Shown: positions 9,723-19,615 of the stretch, in pieces
Layout: the number at the start of each line of letters is the position of its first letter
Numbering within the stretch: position 1 is the stretch's first letter
Source of the DNA: a bacterium
Lineage (GTDB): Bacteria; Zhuqueibacterota; Zhuqueibacteria; Oceanimicrobiales; Oceanimicrobiaceae
Assembly: GCA_037446635.1 (NCBI GenBank)
Contig: JBBIIG010000007.1
Span: 67,674-114,818 of the forward strand
Reading direction: 5' to 3'
DNA: 47,145 nt
Notes under the pieces: model-generated
What the model was told of the DNA's origin: nothing
The model's input: the letters and a program-made list of their open reading frames with translations, nothing else
Databases searched by the model: none
Made by a program: the position numbers and the translations under genes

Positions 9723-12700
9723 ATGAAACCGACGTGCCGATCGATACTGCTCACCTTGTTTATCGCTCTTGCGGCTAATGGCGTCGTGGCGCAAACGCCG
9801 AGTCATCCGCATCTGTTTTTTGATCGCGCCGGCATGGATTTGCTGCAGCAGCAGGTTTTGACCAATTCGCGACTTTTCAAAATCTGGGAAAAATTCAAAG
9901 CGGCGCGGGTGGACAGCTCCATCAACATTCGAGTGTGGGAGGGAGGAATTACCAACCTCAATCACGGCCGCAACTACGGCGACGCGCTCGGCGATCTCAC
10001 CATCGCTTACATCGTTACCCGCGATGAATTGTACGCCGAAAAGGCAGTTAAAATGATGACCGACCTGGCGCAATTTTCAAGCTGGGGGCATCACTTGGTG
10101 AATGCGCACATCAGCTTGGGCGTGGCGTTCGCTTGGGACGTGTTTTACGATCGCCTCAGCGAGGATCAGAAAAGTATTATTCTCAACGGCGTCCTGGCAA
10201 AGGCCGACAATCATAACCCTAACGACACCTACTCCAACGTCAACTGGACGCCCGCGGCCGGCGAGGGCCTGATCGGCTTAGCTTTTGCGGGAGATGGCGA
10301 CGCGTCGTTCAATGATTTTGCCGCCAGCCTCCTCAACTTCGCCAAGCGAAATTTCAAAGAAAAAGATCGCAGCGTGCTGTGGTCGCACGGCAGCGATGGC
10401 TTTCCCCACGAGGGTCTGGGCTACTGGCGCAAGTACGCCCACGTTGGGTTGTTTTTAAAAGCGCTGCGCTTCAATGAGCCGGAAAACGATTGGTTTCATC
10501 TCGGTAAAGAGTACCCCGGCTGCGAGTTCTTGAAAAATATGGCTTATCCCCGCATTTACGCCGATGTTCAGCATCCCGATCTGTCCACGCTCACCTGGTC
10601 GGACAGCCGCCAAGTGCGGACGCGCGCCAACGAAGGGCCCTACGGTAACCTCGCGACGCTGACGCTCACGGCCTCGGAGTATAAAGACGGTTACGTGATG
10701 GATTTTATCGACTACCTCATCAACGAAACCGGCGTCCGGTTCAACGGCGAGGATTGGGCGACCTTTCTGTTTTATGACGATACCGATATTCCGCACGCCT
10801 CTTATCGCGACCTGCCCCTCAGCCGTTATTGGCCGGATATGGAAGCCGCCATTTTCCGCAGCGGTTGGGGCAAAAACGATTTGGTGTTTTACATGCGCTG
10901 CGGCTCCCCCGGCGGTCACGGCCGGCGTTTAAAGAACCTCACCCCCGGCGGCCACGATCACCCCGACGCCAATGGCTTCGTGCTGTTTTACAACAACGAT
11001 TATTTGGCGGCCGAAGACGGCTCCTATCCCAACGACGGCCCGGAGGGCGGCTCCGGCAACAAAATCACCTACGGCCATAATACTTATTTAATTGACGGTA
11101 TCGGTCAAAAGGGCGATCTGTCAACCGACGTCGCCACCACTACCGCCAACCTCGATTTTTTGGACGCCGACCACGTGGGCTACCTCCTCGGTGACGCCAG
11201 CGACGCCTACGAAGGCATCAGCAAATTTCATCGCTCTGTGATTTACAAAAAGCACAAATACCTGATCGTCCTCGATGAATTGGAGGACGATCAGCCGCAT
11301 AAATATGAATTTTTGCTGGGCGCCGACAGCCGACATCACATCTCCTTCGACGGCTACAATCATTTCACCATCATTCCCGAAAGCGGCAACGGCATCCTGC
11401 CCTTGGTGCTGGTGGAGCCGCGCAATTTGAGTTACGCCATCAATGCGGAGCGGCCGTACAGCATCAAAGGCGGGTTCACCGACATGCTGCGTGTTTGGCC
11501 TCAGCGCGATTCCACCCGCGCCGCGTTTTTCGCCCTGTTGTATCCGCTCAAAACCACCGATCTCGGCCGCCACCGCGAGGCGTTCTACGACGGCAGCCGC
11601 AGCGGCATCGTGGTGGACCACGACGAATATTATCTCTATAACCCGCAGCGCGAGCTTTATACGTTCAAAAACCTCCAAACCGATGCTAGTTTGTGCTACT
11701 TCGAAAACAGCGCCGCCAATTTCGAGTATCTCGCTGCCGGCGCCCGGGAATTTTTAATCGATGGCGCCATCGGCTTCCGCTCCGATGAACCGCTGGTGGC
11801 GGCGTTTAGTCCGCGCAGAGGGAAAATTCGTCTCGGAAAAAATTTAGGGACGAAAAATCAAGCCACGATCACTTTATTTCAACCCGGTATCGCCGGCGTC
11901 TTAATTGACGGCGAACTGAAGACGCCGGAGAGCAGCGGTCCCGGTTGGGTGACGTTTACCCTGAGGCCGAAGCAGTATCGCATCGGCCCCAGCAACGCCG
12001 AACAAGTGGTTACCGACAATTATGATGTGACGATCTTGACGGAAGATTTTGTGCGCGTGGTTCGCCCCCACGGCGGTGAGCGTTGGCCAGCGGGCAGCAC
12101 GCAGGTGATCAACTGGGTTTTCGCGGGCAGCTTTAGCAGCGTGAACATCGATTATTCCACGGACGCCGGCCAAAGCTGGAAAAATATCGCTGCCGGCGCG
12201 CCCAACACTGGCGCCTTTCAGTGGCTTGTCGCCGCCGACGCCTCCCCGCGCGCTTTGATTCGCGTCGCCAATTCCGAAACCGGCGTTCCCAATGATGTGA
12301 GCGATACGCCCTTTGTGATTTACAGCCCCACGCCGCCGGTGATTCATTCGTTTCAGCCGAACTCCGGGCCGATTGGCACCGCAGTTACCGTCACGGGGCG
12401 GCATTTTGTCGGTGCTCATGCCGTGTTGTTCGGCAGAACTCTGGCCGCGAATTTTATCGTACACTCCGATTCCGTGATCACCGCCGCCGTGCCGGCGAAC
12501 GTCGAGAGCGGTCCGGTCGCCGTGGCCAAAGGAGAAGAAACCGCAACCAGCACGGAAATATTTACTGTGATGCTGCCGCCCATGATTTCCTCGTTTTCAC
12601 CGGAAAGAGGATTAGCGGGGTCGGTGGTTACGATCGCCGGCGGCCGGTTTATTGGCGTCACCCGCGTGATGTTTAATGCAGCGCCGGCGGAGCGGTTTGA

Positions 12701-13658
12701 GGTCCTTTCTGAAAGTGAGATTCGAGCGGTGGTGCCCGCGGCGGCCGCCAGCGGCAAAATTAAAGTAGTCGCTGAATCCGGTACGTCGGAGAGCGCGCAG
12801 GATTTCGTGGTGGTGCCGCCGACGCTGTCTTTCATTCCAATCGATGACAGCTATGTCATGTCCTCCGACCCGTCGGAGGTGCGCGGCTTAACCAATCAAC
12901 TGCGGGTGCGTTCCCACCCCAGCAACGTCGTTTTTAGCTTTTTGAAATTTCAGGTTAGCGGATTGGCGGGGGTGGTGCAAAGCGCGAAGCTGCTTTTGCG
13001 GGTGAATTTGGCGAGCCGCAGCGGCGGCAGCATTTATTCCGTCTCCAATTTTTATCGCGATGGCAGTTCAGCGTGGGAAGAAGAAGCGTTGAATTGGGAA
13101 AACGCGCCGGCCATCGACGGCAGTCCGCTGAGCGCGGTGGATTCCGTTGCACTCGAAGAGGTTGTGGAGTTCGATGTCTCGGCGGCAATTGCCGGCGACG
13201 GCGTCTATAGTTTTGGAATAAAAAGCAGTCTCGTGGATTTGGTGCGCTACGATTCCAAAGAATCGGCGTTTCCGCCGCGGCTGGTGATCGACTTGACGGC
13301 GCATCCGCCAACCCAAGCGGCGATTTCTTTGACCAGCCCGTCCAAGACGCCGTCTCCTACGCTTGATTCGCCGCTGCCGCAGGAAATTTTTTTGAAGCCG
13401 AATTATCCCAATCCGTTCAACAACGAAACCGTCATCGAATATGGCTTGCCGGTTGCTGGTCGGGTGAAATTGGTGGTTTACAATTTGATTGGACAAGTGG
13501 TGCGAACGCTGGTGGACGATCACCAGCCCGCGGGGTTCAAAAGGGCGCAATGGGACGGGCGCGACAATCAGGGGTGGCAAGTCAGCTCCGGAATTTATTT
13601 TATTCGTCTGGAGGCCGGCTCACAGAAATTGATACGAAAGGTTCTGCTGCAGAAGTAG
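9723..13658 (+). CDS. Secreted heparinase II/III-like polysaccharide lyase (DUF4962-like N-terminus) with 2 IPT/TIG, DNRLRE-like module and CTD
   Basis: HPHLFFD start; FRSGW, GHDHPDANGFVL, HNTYLIDG.GQ; P.I.SF.P..G IPT units; DDSYV..LKF module; NYPNPFN CTD. Confidence 0.8.
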   Translation: MKPTCRSILLTLFIALAANGVVAQTPSHPHLFFDRAGMDLLQQQVLTNSRLFKIWEKFKAARVDSSINIRVWEGGITNLNHGRNYGDALGDLTIAYIVTRDELYAEKAVKMMTDLAQFSSWGHHLVNAHISLGVAFAWDVFYDRLSEDQKSIILNGVLAKADNHNPNDTYSNVNWTPAAGEGLIGLAFAGDGDASFNDFAASLLNFAKRNFKEKDRSVLWSHGSDGFPHEGLGYWRKYAHVGLFLKALRFNEPENDWFHLGKEYPGCEFLKNMAYPRIYADVQHPDLSTLTWSDSRQVRTRANEGPYGNLATLTLTASEYKDGYVMDFIDYLINETGVRFNGEDWATFLFYDDTDIPHASYRDLPLSRYWPDMEAAIFRSGWGKNDLVFYMRCGSPGGHGRRLKNLTPGGHDHPDANGFVLFYNNDYLAAEDGSYPNDGPEGGSGNKITYGHNTYLIDGIGQKGDLSTDVATTTANLDFLDADHVGYLLGDASDAYEGISKFHRSVIYKKHKYLIVLDELEDDQPHKYEFLLGADSRHHISFDGYNHFTIIPESGNGILPLVLVEPRNLSYAINAERPYSIKGGFTDMLRVWPQRDSTRAAFFALLYPLKTTDLGRHREAFYDGSRSGIVVDHDEYYLYNPQRELYTFKNLQTDASLCYFENSAANFEYLAAGAREFLIDGAIGFRSDEPLVAAFSPRRGKIRLGKNLGTKNQATITLFQPGIAGVLIDGELKTPESSGPGWVTFTLRPKQYRIGPSNAEQVVTDNYDVTILTEDFVRVVRPHGGERWPAGSTQVINWVFAGSFSSVNIDYSTDAGQSWKNIAAGAPNTGAFQWLVAADASPRALIRVANSETGVPNDVSDTPFVIYSPTPPVIHSFQPNSGPIGTAVTVTGRHFVGAHAVLFGRTLAANFIVHSDSVITAAVPANVESGPVAVAKGEETATSTEIFTVMLPPMISSFSPERGLAGSVVTIAGGRFIGVTRVMFNAAPAERFEVLSESEIRAVVPAAAASGKIKVVAESGTSESAQDFVVVPPTLSFIPIDDSYVMSSDPSEVRGLTNQLRVRSHPSNVVFSFLKFQVSGLAGVVQSAKLLLRVNLASRSGGSIYSVSNFYRDGSSAWEEEALNWENAPAIDGSPLSAVDSVALEEVVEFDVSAAIAGDGVYSFGIKSSLVDLVRYDSKESAFPPRLVIDLTAHPPTQAAISLTSPSKTPSPTLDSPLPQEIFLKPNYPNPFNNETVIEYGLPVAGRVKLVVYNLIGQVVRTLVDDHQPAGFKRAQWDGRDNQGWQVSSGIYFIRLEAGSQKLIRKVLLQK

Positions 13659-13753
13659 TTTCCGGTTTCCGTCTCCTTTCTTGTTTGTCTAACTAATTGA
13701 TTTTTGCGCGATTGATCTGACTCTGGCTCAGATTGCTGTCCTGCCCATTTTAT

Positions 13754-13779
13754 TCACGAAGGACGCGAAGATCACGAAG
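13754..13779. repeat. Short tandem (C)ACG(C)GAAG-type repeat
   Basis: tcacgaaggacgcgaagatcacgaag, three 9-bp-period units. Confidence 0.45.
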
Positions 13780-13833
13780 TTTTTTGAAAAACCGCGCGCC
13801 GGCTCTGGTTGCAAAAATGTTTGCAAAAAAGTT

Positions 13834-13862
13834 TTGGAATTTACTTGAAATGGCTATATACT
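13834..13862 (+). promoter_or_regulatory. sigma70-type promoter of the second lyase
   Basis: TTGGAA-17 bp-TATACT; inverted repeat TTGCAAA-AATG-TTTGCAA at 13809-13826 just upstream. Confidence 0.55.
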
Positions 13863-13967
13863 GGGGTACGTCGATAAAAAAGCGAGTAGGTAGCGCTCAA
13901 GGACATTTTCTAACAACCCGGTCTCCCGACGTCTTTGACGTCGGTTTTGAGAGAGAGGAGTGCTCGT

Positions 13968-16900
13968 ATGGCGCGGTTAGGTTTTGTTATCTGGGTGTTT
14001 TGTTATGTTAGCGCTGGCCCGCTGCTGGCGCAAAATGAATCTCATCCCCACCTCTATTTTGACAGCACCGGCATGGAAGCCCTGCGCAACCGGATTGAGA
14101 CCCACCCCCTCGTCAACAAAATGTGGCTGAAGTTCAAGCGCGATCGCGTGGACTACGCCATGCAGCTTACGATTCCGGAAGGCCCACTTGAAGGCGTTGG
14201 CGCCCGCGAATACGGCGACGCCCTCGCCGATTTGACCATCGCCTACATCGCGACGCAGGACAACCGCTACGTCGCCAAAGCCAAAGAATTAATTTTTGAT
14301 ATTATCGAAAAGCCGAGCTGGGGGGAGCAGTTGGTGGTGGCGCACATAAGCATTGGTCTGGCCTTTTGCTGGGACGTGATGTACGATCAATTTTCCAGCG
14401 ACGAGCGCAAGGCGATCCGCGACAATGCCCGCGTCCGCGCTGGCAATCACGCCAACCCCAATCCGCTTTCCAATCATAATTGGACGCCCTCCGCCGGCGA
14501 GGGGTTGATTGGCCTGGCGTTCGGATTCAATGATTTGGTTAATGAAGCCCGGCAGAATTTTAAGGAAGGCGATCGCAGCGTTCTCTGGGCGCACGGCGAA
14601 GACGGCTTCAGTCCGCAGGGGCTGGGCTATTGGCGCAAATATAATCACCTGGCGTTGTTTTTACACGCCCTGCGGTTCAATAAAGGGCTGGATTGGTTTC
14701 ACCTCGACCAGGAATTTCCCGGCAGCGCTTTTTTGGGCAACAGCGCCTACCCCCGCATTTACGGCGACGTGCAGCACCGCGATTTTTCCTGCCTCACCTG
14801 GAACGACAGCAAGCAGGTTGGCGCCGAACCCCAGGGGCCGTACGGCTGTATGGGCATGTTGGCGCTGGCCGCCTCGGAATACCACGACGGCGCGGCCCTC
14901 GATTTTTTCAGCACGTTGATTAACGAGAACCGCTACCGTTTTGAAAACGAGGATTCCGCCGCTTTCATTTTGTTTGATGACAGCGGGGTGACGCCGCGCT
15001 CCTACCGCGACCTGCCGTTGAGCGGCTACTGGCCCAACATGGAGGGCGCGGTGTTTCGCAGCGGCTGGGACAAAAACGCCCTGATCTTTTACATGCGCTG
15101 CGGCTCCCCCGGCGGCCACGCCCGCCGAATAAAAGGCCTGCCGCCGGATCAGCACAGCCACCCCGATGCCAACGGCTTCGTCCTTTTTTATAACAACGAT
15201 TATTTGGCCGCGGAAGACGGCTCCTCGCCGCAGTCGGGTCCCGATTTCGATCGCCAGATTACCTACGGCCACAACACCATCCTAATTGATGGCGCCGGAC
15301 AGAGGGGTGATCGCGGCTCTCGCCTTGGCGCCACCAACGCCAACCTGGATTTTGTTGACGCCCATCACGTGGGCTTTTTGTTAGGCGACGCCAGCGACGC
15401 CTATCCCAATCTCGATCGTTTTTATCGCTACGTCATTTACAAAAAGCACAAGTATGTGATCATCGTCGATGAATTGAAAGACGACAGCAATCACAAATAT
15501 GAGTTTTTGTTGGGAACGGATCATCATCACACCATCAGTTCGGCTTCGGACAACCGTTTCAACATTCGAGCGCTGAGCGGCAACGCCAAGCTGCCGGTGG
15601 TTTTTGTGGAGCCGCGCAGTCTCAGCAGCTCCATCAATAAAGATCGCCCGTACATTTTTTCACACGACTTCGTGGACATGCTGCGGGTGTGGCCAAGCCA
15701 AAACAACCGCACCGCCACGTTTTTTGCGCTGCTTTATCCCCGCGCCAACAATGAATCCGATCCAGATTTTACCAAAATTTATGAAGAAGACCGCAGCGGC
15801 GTCGTGGTGGACGGCGACGAGTTGTATCTTTATAATGACAGCGGCGCTGCCTATACTCGCGGCAATTTGCAAACGGATTCCAGGCTGGTTTATGTCAAAG
15901 ATAATCCCTCGGCGTTTGAGTATTTGGCGGCCGGCGCCACGCGTTTTCTTTACAACGGCGAGAAAGGCTTTGAATCGAATAAGCGATTGGTGGCCGCCTT
16001 CGCCGGCACCTCTGGAAAAGTTCGCCTCGGTAAAAATTTAGGCGAGTCCGGCGAAGCCACGATCACTTTGTATTATCCCGGCATCACCGGCGTGCGCGTG
16101 GATGGCCAGCCGGCGTGGTTGCTGCAAAACAGTTTGGGACAGGCCACATTTAGTTTGAGTCCCAAGCAATATCAAACCGGCCCCAGCGGCTTCGAGCAAA
16201 CGGTCACCGACAATTATGATATCGAAATTTTGATGGACGGAACCGCGCCGCCGTTTGTGACTGTGGTCAGCCCCAACGGCGGCGAAAGCTGGGTCGTCGG
16301 CAGCGCCCAGACGATTCGCTGGAATTCCGACGGCTCGTTCCCCAACGTTAAAATTGAGTACTCAGCCGACAACGGCGGAAGCTGGCAGACGGTCGCCGCC
16401 AGCACGGCCAACGATGGTGGATTGGATTGGACGATTCCCAACAGCGCCTCCACCAGCACGCTGGTGCGCATTTCCGACGCCGCCGACGGCGATCCCAGCG
16501 ACGTCAGCGATGGCGTGTTTTCAATTCTCTCGACTCCCACTGCGATTCCGATTATTACTTCATTCGCGCCGATCAGCGGGCCGGTGGGATCGGCGGTGAC
16601 GATTAGCGGGGATAATTTTAACGACGCCACTTCAGTAACATTCAATAGCGTGGCGGCTGAGTTTACGATTTCTTCAAACACTCAGATCGTGGCGGCCGTT
16701 CCAAGCGGCGCCGCGACCGGCAAGATCAGCGTGGCGAACGCGGCCGGCGTTGCTGTCAGCGCCAGTGATTTTTTTGTGACGAGCACCGCCGGCGAGGTGG
16801 TTGTCTTTTTACCGCAAGGGGATACCTTCGTGCGCTCCTCCCGACCGAGCGAAAAAAACGGCGCCGTAAAAGACCTGCGGGTTTGGAAAACCGTTTCCGC

Positions 16901-17627
16901 TGATTACATCGCTTATTTTAAATTTGTAGTCGCCGGCGTGGGCGCAATTCAAAGCGCGAAATTGCGGTTGTTTGTGAGCGACGGCAGCAATCAGGGCGGC
17001 AGCGTTCATCTGGCCTCTAACTTTTATCAGGGAACCAGCACGCCGTGGGAAGAAGCCGGCATGAATTGGAACAACGCGCCGGTCATCACCAGCCCGGCGC
17101 TGAGCTCGCTGGGAACGGTGACCAGCGGCAGTTCCGTCGAGTTTGATGTGACCGCCGCCATCGCCGGCGACGGCGAGTACAGCTTTGCCGTACGCACGGC
17201 TACCGCCGATCAGGTGAAATACGCATCGAAAGAAAACGACAACCCGCCGCTGCTGATTCTTACCGTCGGTTCGGAGACCCCGCCCGGCAGCGCCGCCGCT
17301 TTGGCCGATGATTTTGGCGAACGAACGATTTCCAATTCGCCGGTACCAGAAGCGCTGAGGCTGCTGCCCAATTATCCCAATCCGTTCAATGCCGAAACCA
17401 CCATCAAATTTAGCGTGCCGGAAGCGGCGAGGGCGCAGGTGAGCATTTACAATTTGCGCGGACAACCAGTGCGGGAGTTGGTGAACGGTTTCCTGCCGGC
17501 AGGATTTTTTGTTGTGCGCTGGGACGGCCGCGACGATGGCGGCGCAGCAGTGAGCTCGGGCATCTATTTCATTGTGCTGCGAGTTGGTAATCAGCAGCTC
17601 ACGCGGGAAGTGACGTTGCAGAAGTGA
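13968..17627 (+). CDS. Paralogous secreted heparinase II/III-like lyase with 1 IPT/TIG, DNRLRE-like module and CTD
   Basis: Collinear with 9723..13658 (YGDAL.DLTIAYI, NWTP.AGEGLIGLAF, FYMRCGSPGGH, HPDANGFVLFYNNDYLAAEDGS); ATG13968 after GAGGAG. Confidence 0.8.
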   Translation: MARLGFVIWVFCYVSAGPLLAQNESHPHLYFDSTGMEALRNRIETHPLVNKMWLKFKRDRVDYAMQLTIPEGPLEGVGAREYGDALADLTIAYIATQDNRYVAKAKELIFDIIEKPSWGEQLVVAHISIGLAFCWDVMYDQFSSDERKAIRDNARVRAGNHANPNPLSNHNWTPSAGEGLIGLAFGFNDLVNEARQNFKEGDRSVLWAHGEDGFSPQGLGYWRKYNHLALFLHALRFNKGLDWFHLDQEFPGSAFLGNSAYPRIYGDVQHRDFSCLTWNDSKQVGAEPQGPYGCMGMLALAASEYHDGAALDFFSTLINENRYRFENEDSAAFILFDDSGVTPRSYRDLPLSGYWPNMEGAVFRSGWDKNALIFYMRCGSPGGHARRIKGLPPDQHSHPDANGFVLFYNNDYLAAEDGSSPQSGPDFDRQITYGHNTILIDGAGQRGDRGSRLGATNANLDFVDAHHVGFLLGDASDAYPNLDRFYRYVIYKKHKYVIIVDELKDDSNHKYEFLLGTDHHHTISSASDNRFNIRALSGNAKLPVVFVEPRSLSSSINKDRPYIFSHDFVDMLRVWPSQNNRTATFFALLYPRANNESDPDFTKIYEEDRSGVVVDGDELYLYNDSGAAYTRGNLQTDSRLVYVKDNPSAFEYLAAGATRFLYNGEKGFESNKRLVAAFAGTSGKVRLGKNLGESGEATITLYYPGITGVRVDGQPAWLLQNSLGQATFSLSPKQYQTGPSGFEQTVTDNYDIEILMDGTAPPFVTVVSPNGGESWVVGSAQTIRWNSDGSFPNVKIEYSADNGGSWQTVAASTANDGGLDWTIPNSASTSTLVRISDAADGDPSDVSDGVFSILSTPTAIPIITSFAPISGPVGSAVTISGDNFNDATSVTFNSVAAEFTISSNTQIVAAVPSGAATGKISVANAAGVAVSASDFFVTSTAGEVVVFLPQGDTFVRSSRPSEKNGAVKDLRVWKTVSADYIAYFKFVVAGVGAIQSAKLRLFVSDGSNQGGSVHLASNFYQGTSTPWEEAGMNWNNAPVITSPALSSLGTVTSGSSVEFDVTAAIAGDGEYSFAVRTATADQVKYASKENDNPPLLILTVGSETPPGSAAALADDFGERTISNSPVPEALRLLPNYPNPFNAETTIKFSVPEAARAQVSIYNLRGQPVRELVNGFLPAGFFVVRWDGRDDGGAAVSSGIYFIVLRVGNQQLTREVTLQK

Positions 17628-17650
17628 CGGATAAACGATGCGCTGAATTG

Positions 17651-17682
17651 TGGACGCCCGCTTAAAGCATTCGGGAATGACA
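17651..17682 (-). repeat. REP-like palindrome
   Basis: Reverse complement TGTCATTCCCGAATGCTTTAAGCGGGCGTCCA matches 30294-30325 at 25/32 positions. Confidence 0.65.
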
Positions 17683-17869
17683 TTTCAAACAATGAGGCTC
17701 AAGGGCTTCGCATGCCGCCTCTCAACTCGGCGAAATGAGTGATTTGGAGTGCGTCAACCATGTTGACGCTGCATTGACGCAGTCAATTTTTTGTCATAAA
17801 ACCTCCGTCCCGCAACCCAATGTTGACTTCTCAGCCGCGCGCGCCAGCAGGTTCCGTAGCTTGGCGTTT

Positions 17870-17972
17870 TTACTTTTTCTCGACGAGCTTAAGAGTCTTG
17901 CTAAACATGATTGTTCCGGGTTTTTTGTCCACCGCAGATTGGGCACAGACACTCATTTTTATTTTTCTTCAT
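17870..17972 (-). pseudogene. Possible relic of a YgiT-type zinc-finger (antitoxin-like) gene
   Basis: Minus-strand ATG17972 gives MKKNKNECLCPICGGQK; a frameshift continues as PGTIMF, resembling the CPxCGG..PG.T.F start of YgiT-type fingers; second CxxC absent. Confidence 0.35.
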
Positions 17973-18029
17973 GGGGTTCGCGGGTTCTCAAAACGTCCAA
18001 AGAGGGATTAACATTGTCAATGCAATTTG

Positions 18030-19502
18030 CTAACGCACAATCTTCCCACCCGCCTTTTGCCAGTCCAAAAACCCGCCTTCCAATTGCACCGCATCAAAAC
18101 CGTGACGCTGCAGCAGGCCGCAGGCGTAGGCGGAGCGGCTGCCGCTGTGACAATAAACATAGTGGCGTTTGCCTTTCGCGAGGCTCGCGAGATTGGGAAG
18201 CAGTCGAGTGTGCGGAACGTTGAGTGCGCCGTTCAGATGCCCGGCCTCGAACTCGTCGGCGCGGCGGACGTCCAGCAGAACTGCGCTGCCGTCTAATTGT
18301 TCGTCCCGCAAATCGGTGATGTTCATGGAAAGATTGGTCGCCAGCTTTCCGCCGGCCTGTGCGTACTCCTGCTGCACCTGCGGGGTAACATAGCCCACCA
18401 CATCGTCCAATCCAATGCGAATAAGATCGGTAACCGCTTCCCGAACGCATTCTTCTTCAACGACTAAATAAATGGGCCGGCCGGGTTCCACGTACGAACC
18501 GGCAACCGTGGGGAAAGCGGTGTTGAGGGGAGCGTAAAGCGCGCCGGGCAGATGGCCGGCGCGGTAGTGCGGCCAGCGGCGGGTGTCCAGCCAAAAGACA
18601 TCTTTTTTTAAGGCGTTTTTCAAATCATCCACCGAAAGTGGTTTCGGTTCGGGGAGCTGGCCTAAAATGGCGGGGCCGTCGCGGTTCTCTTTTTTCATGC
18701 GGGCGAAATAGTAGGGCGGCTCGGTCTGTCCGTACAGAATCGATTGCACAAACTGGGTTTCGCTGCCGGCATCGCAAATGGCGGGGTTGAACCTTTTCTC
18801 GTAGCCCACGGTGGATTGCGGCACCGCGCCCAGCGCTTTGCCGCAGGCGCTGCCGGCGCCGTGAGCCGGCCACACCTGCAAATAGTCCGGCAATTCTTTA
18901 AAGCGCTGAATGGAGCGAAAGAGGAGCTGTGCCGAAGCCTCTTTGGTGCCGGTCACACCCGCGGCAGTTTCGAGCAGATCGGGGCGGCCGACGTCGCCGA
19001 CGAACACGAAATCGCCGCTGGCGATGCCCATAGGCTCGCTGGCGCCGCCGCCCAAATCGGTGACAAGAAAACAGATGTGCTCGGGGGTGTGCCCCGGCGT
19101 GTGAATGACTTTAAATTGAATGTTGCCGACTTTAAAGGTATCGCCGTCTTGCAGGAGTTGGTGGCTGTAACTGCCGCCGCCTGCCTGCCCGCCTGTGCGG
19201 ACAGGCGCAGGCAGGCCGGATTTTTTATCGAGCCAGCGGTACTGCCAATCCGGGCCGCCCTCGGCGGAAAGGTAAAGCCGCGCATCGGTACGCTCCGCCA
19301 ACTCGCGGGCGCCGGAGAGGAAGTCGGCGTGGATGTGAGTTTCCGCGATGGCGGTGATGCGGAGTCCGTTGCGTTTGGCTTCGTCCAAATAGCGATCGAC
19401 ATCCCGTTCGGGATCGATGACGATGGCTTCGCCGGTGCGTTGACATCCAATCAAGTAAGCTGCCTGCGCGAGTTTGTGGTCGTAAAGCATCCGGAACAGC
19501 AT
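18030..19502 (-). CDS. MBL-fold persulfide dioxygenase-like protein fused to two rhodanese domains (CstB-like)
   Basis: THIHADF, HTPGHTPEH, GDVGRPDL, PAHGAGSACGK; C-terminal rhodanese loop CHSGSRS; ATG19502 after AGGAGG. Confidence 0.9.
   Translation of the reverse strand: MLFRMLYDHKLAQAAYLIGCQRTGEAIVIDPERDVDRYLDEAKRNGLRITAIAETHIHADFLSGARELAERTDARLYLSAEGGPDWQYRWLDKKSGLPAPVRTGGQAGGGSYSHQLLQDGDTFKVGNIQFKVIHTPGHTPEHICFLVTDLGGGASEPMGIASGDFVFVGDVGRPDLLETAAGVTGTKEASAQLLFRSIQRFKELPDYLQVWPAHGAGSACGKALGAVPQSTVGYEKRFNPAICDAGSETQFVQSILYGQTEPPYYFARMKKENRDGPAILGQLPEPKPLSVDDLKNALKKDVFWLDTRRWPHYRAGHLPGALYAPLNTAFPTVAGSYVEPGRPIYLVVEEECVREAVTDLIRIGLDDVVGYVTPQVQQEYAQAGGKLATNLSMNITDLRDEQLDGSAVLLDVRRADEFEAGHLNGALNVPHTRLLPNLASLAKGKRHYVYCHSGSRSAYACGLLQRHGFDAVQLEGGFLDWQKAGGKIVR
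19180..19215. repeat. 36-bp nested palindrome in frame within the MBL gene
   Basis: CCTGCCTGC-CC-GCCTGT-GCGG-ACAGGC-GCAGGCAGG; encodes LPAPVRTGGQAG. Confidence 0.8.
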
Positions 19503-19586
19503 GGCTTCCTCCTGAAGAAGTATGCGTTTGAAATTGTACGGAGTGATTTTTTTGAAGCTGAGTATTGAAGTTTGTTTGCTGGTGGA

Positions 19587-19615
19587 AAGATACAATCTTG
19601 AGGAGGAAGAAGCAA
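19587..19615 (-). promoter_or_regulatory. sigma70-type promoter of the MBL-rhodanese gene
   Basis: Minus strand TTGCTT-17 bp-TATCTT; same hexamers and spacing as 38149-38177. Confidence 0.6.

Noticed and set aside
17735..18223. 162-aa plus-strand ORF
   Set aside because: Overlaps the end of the MBL gene and runs through hairpins; no family motif or clear RBS
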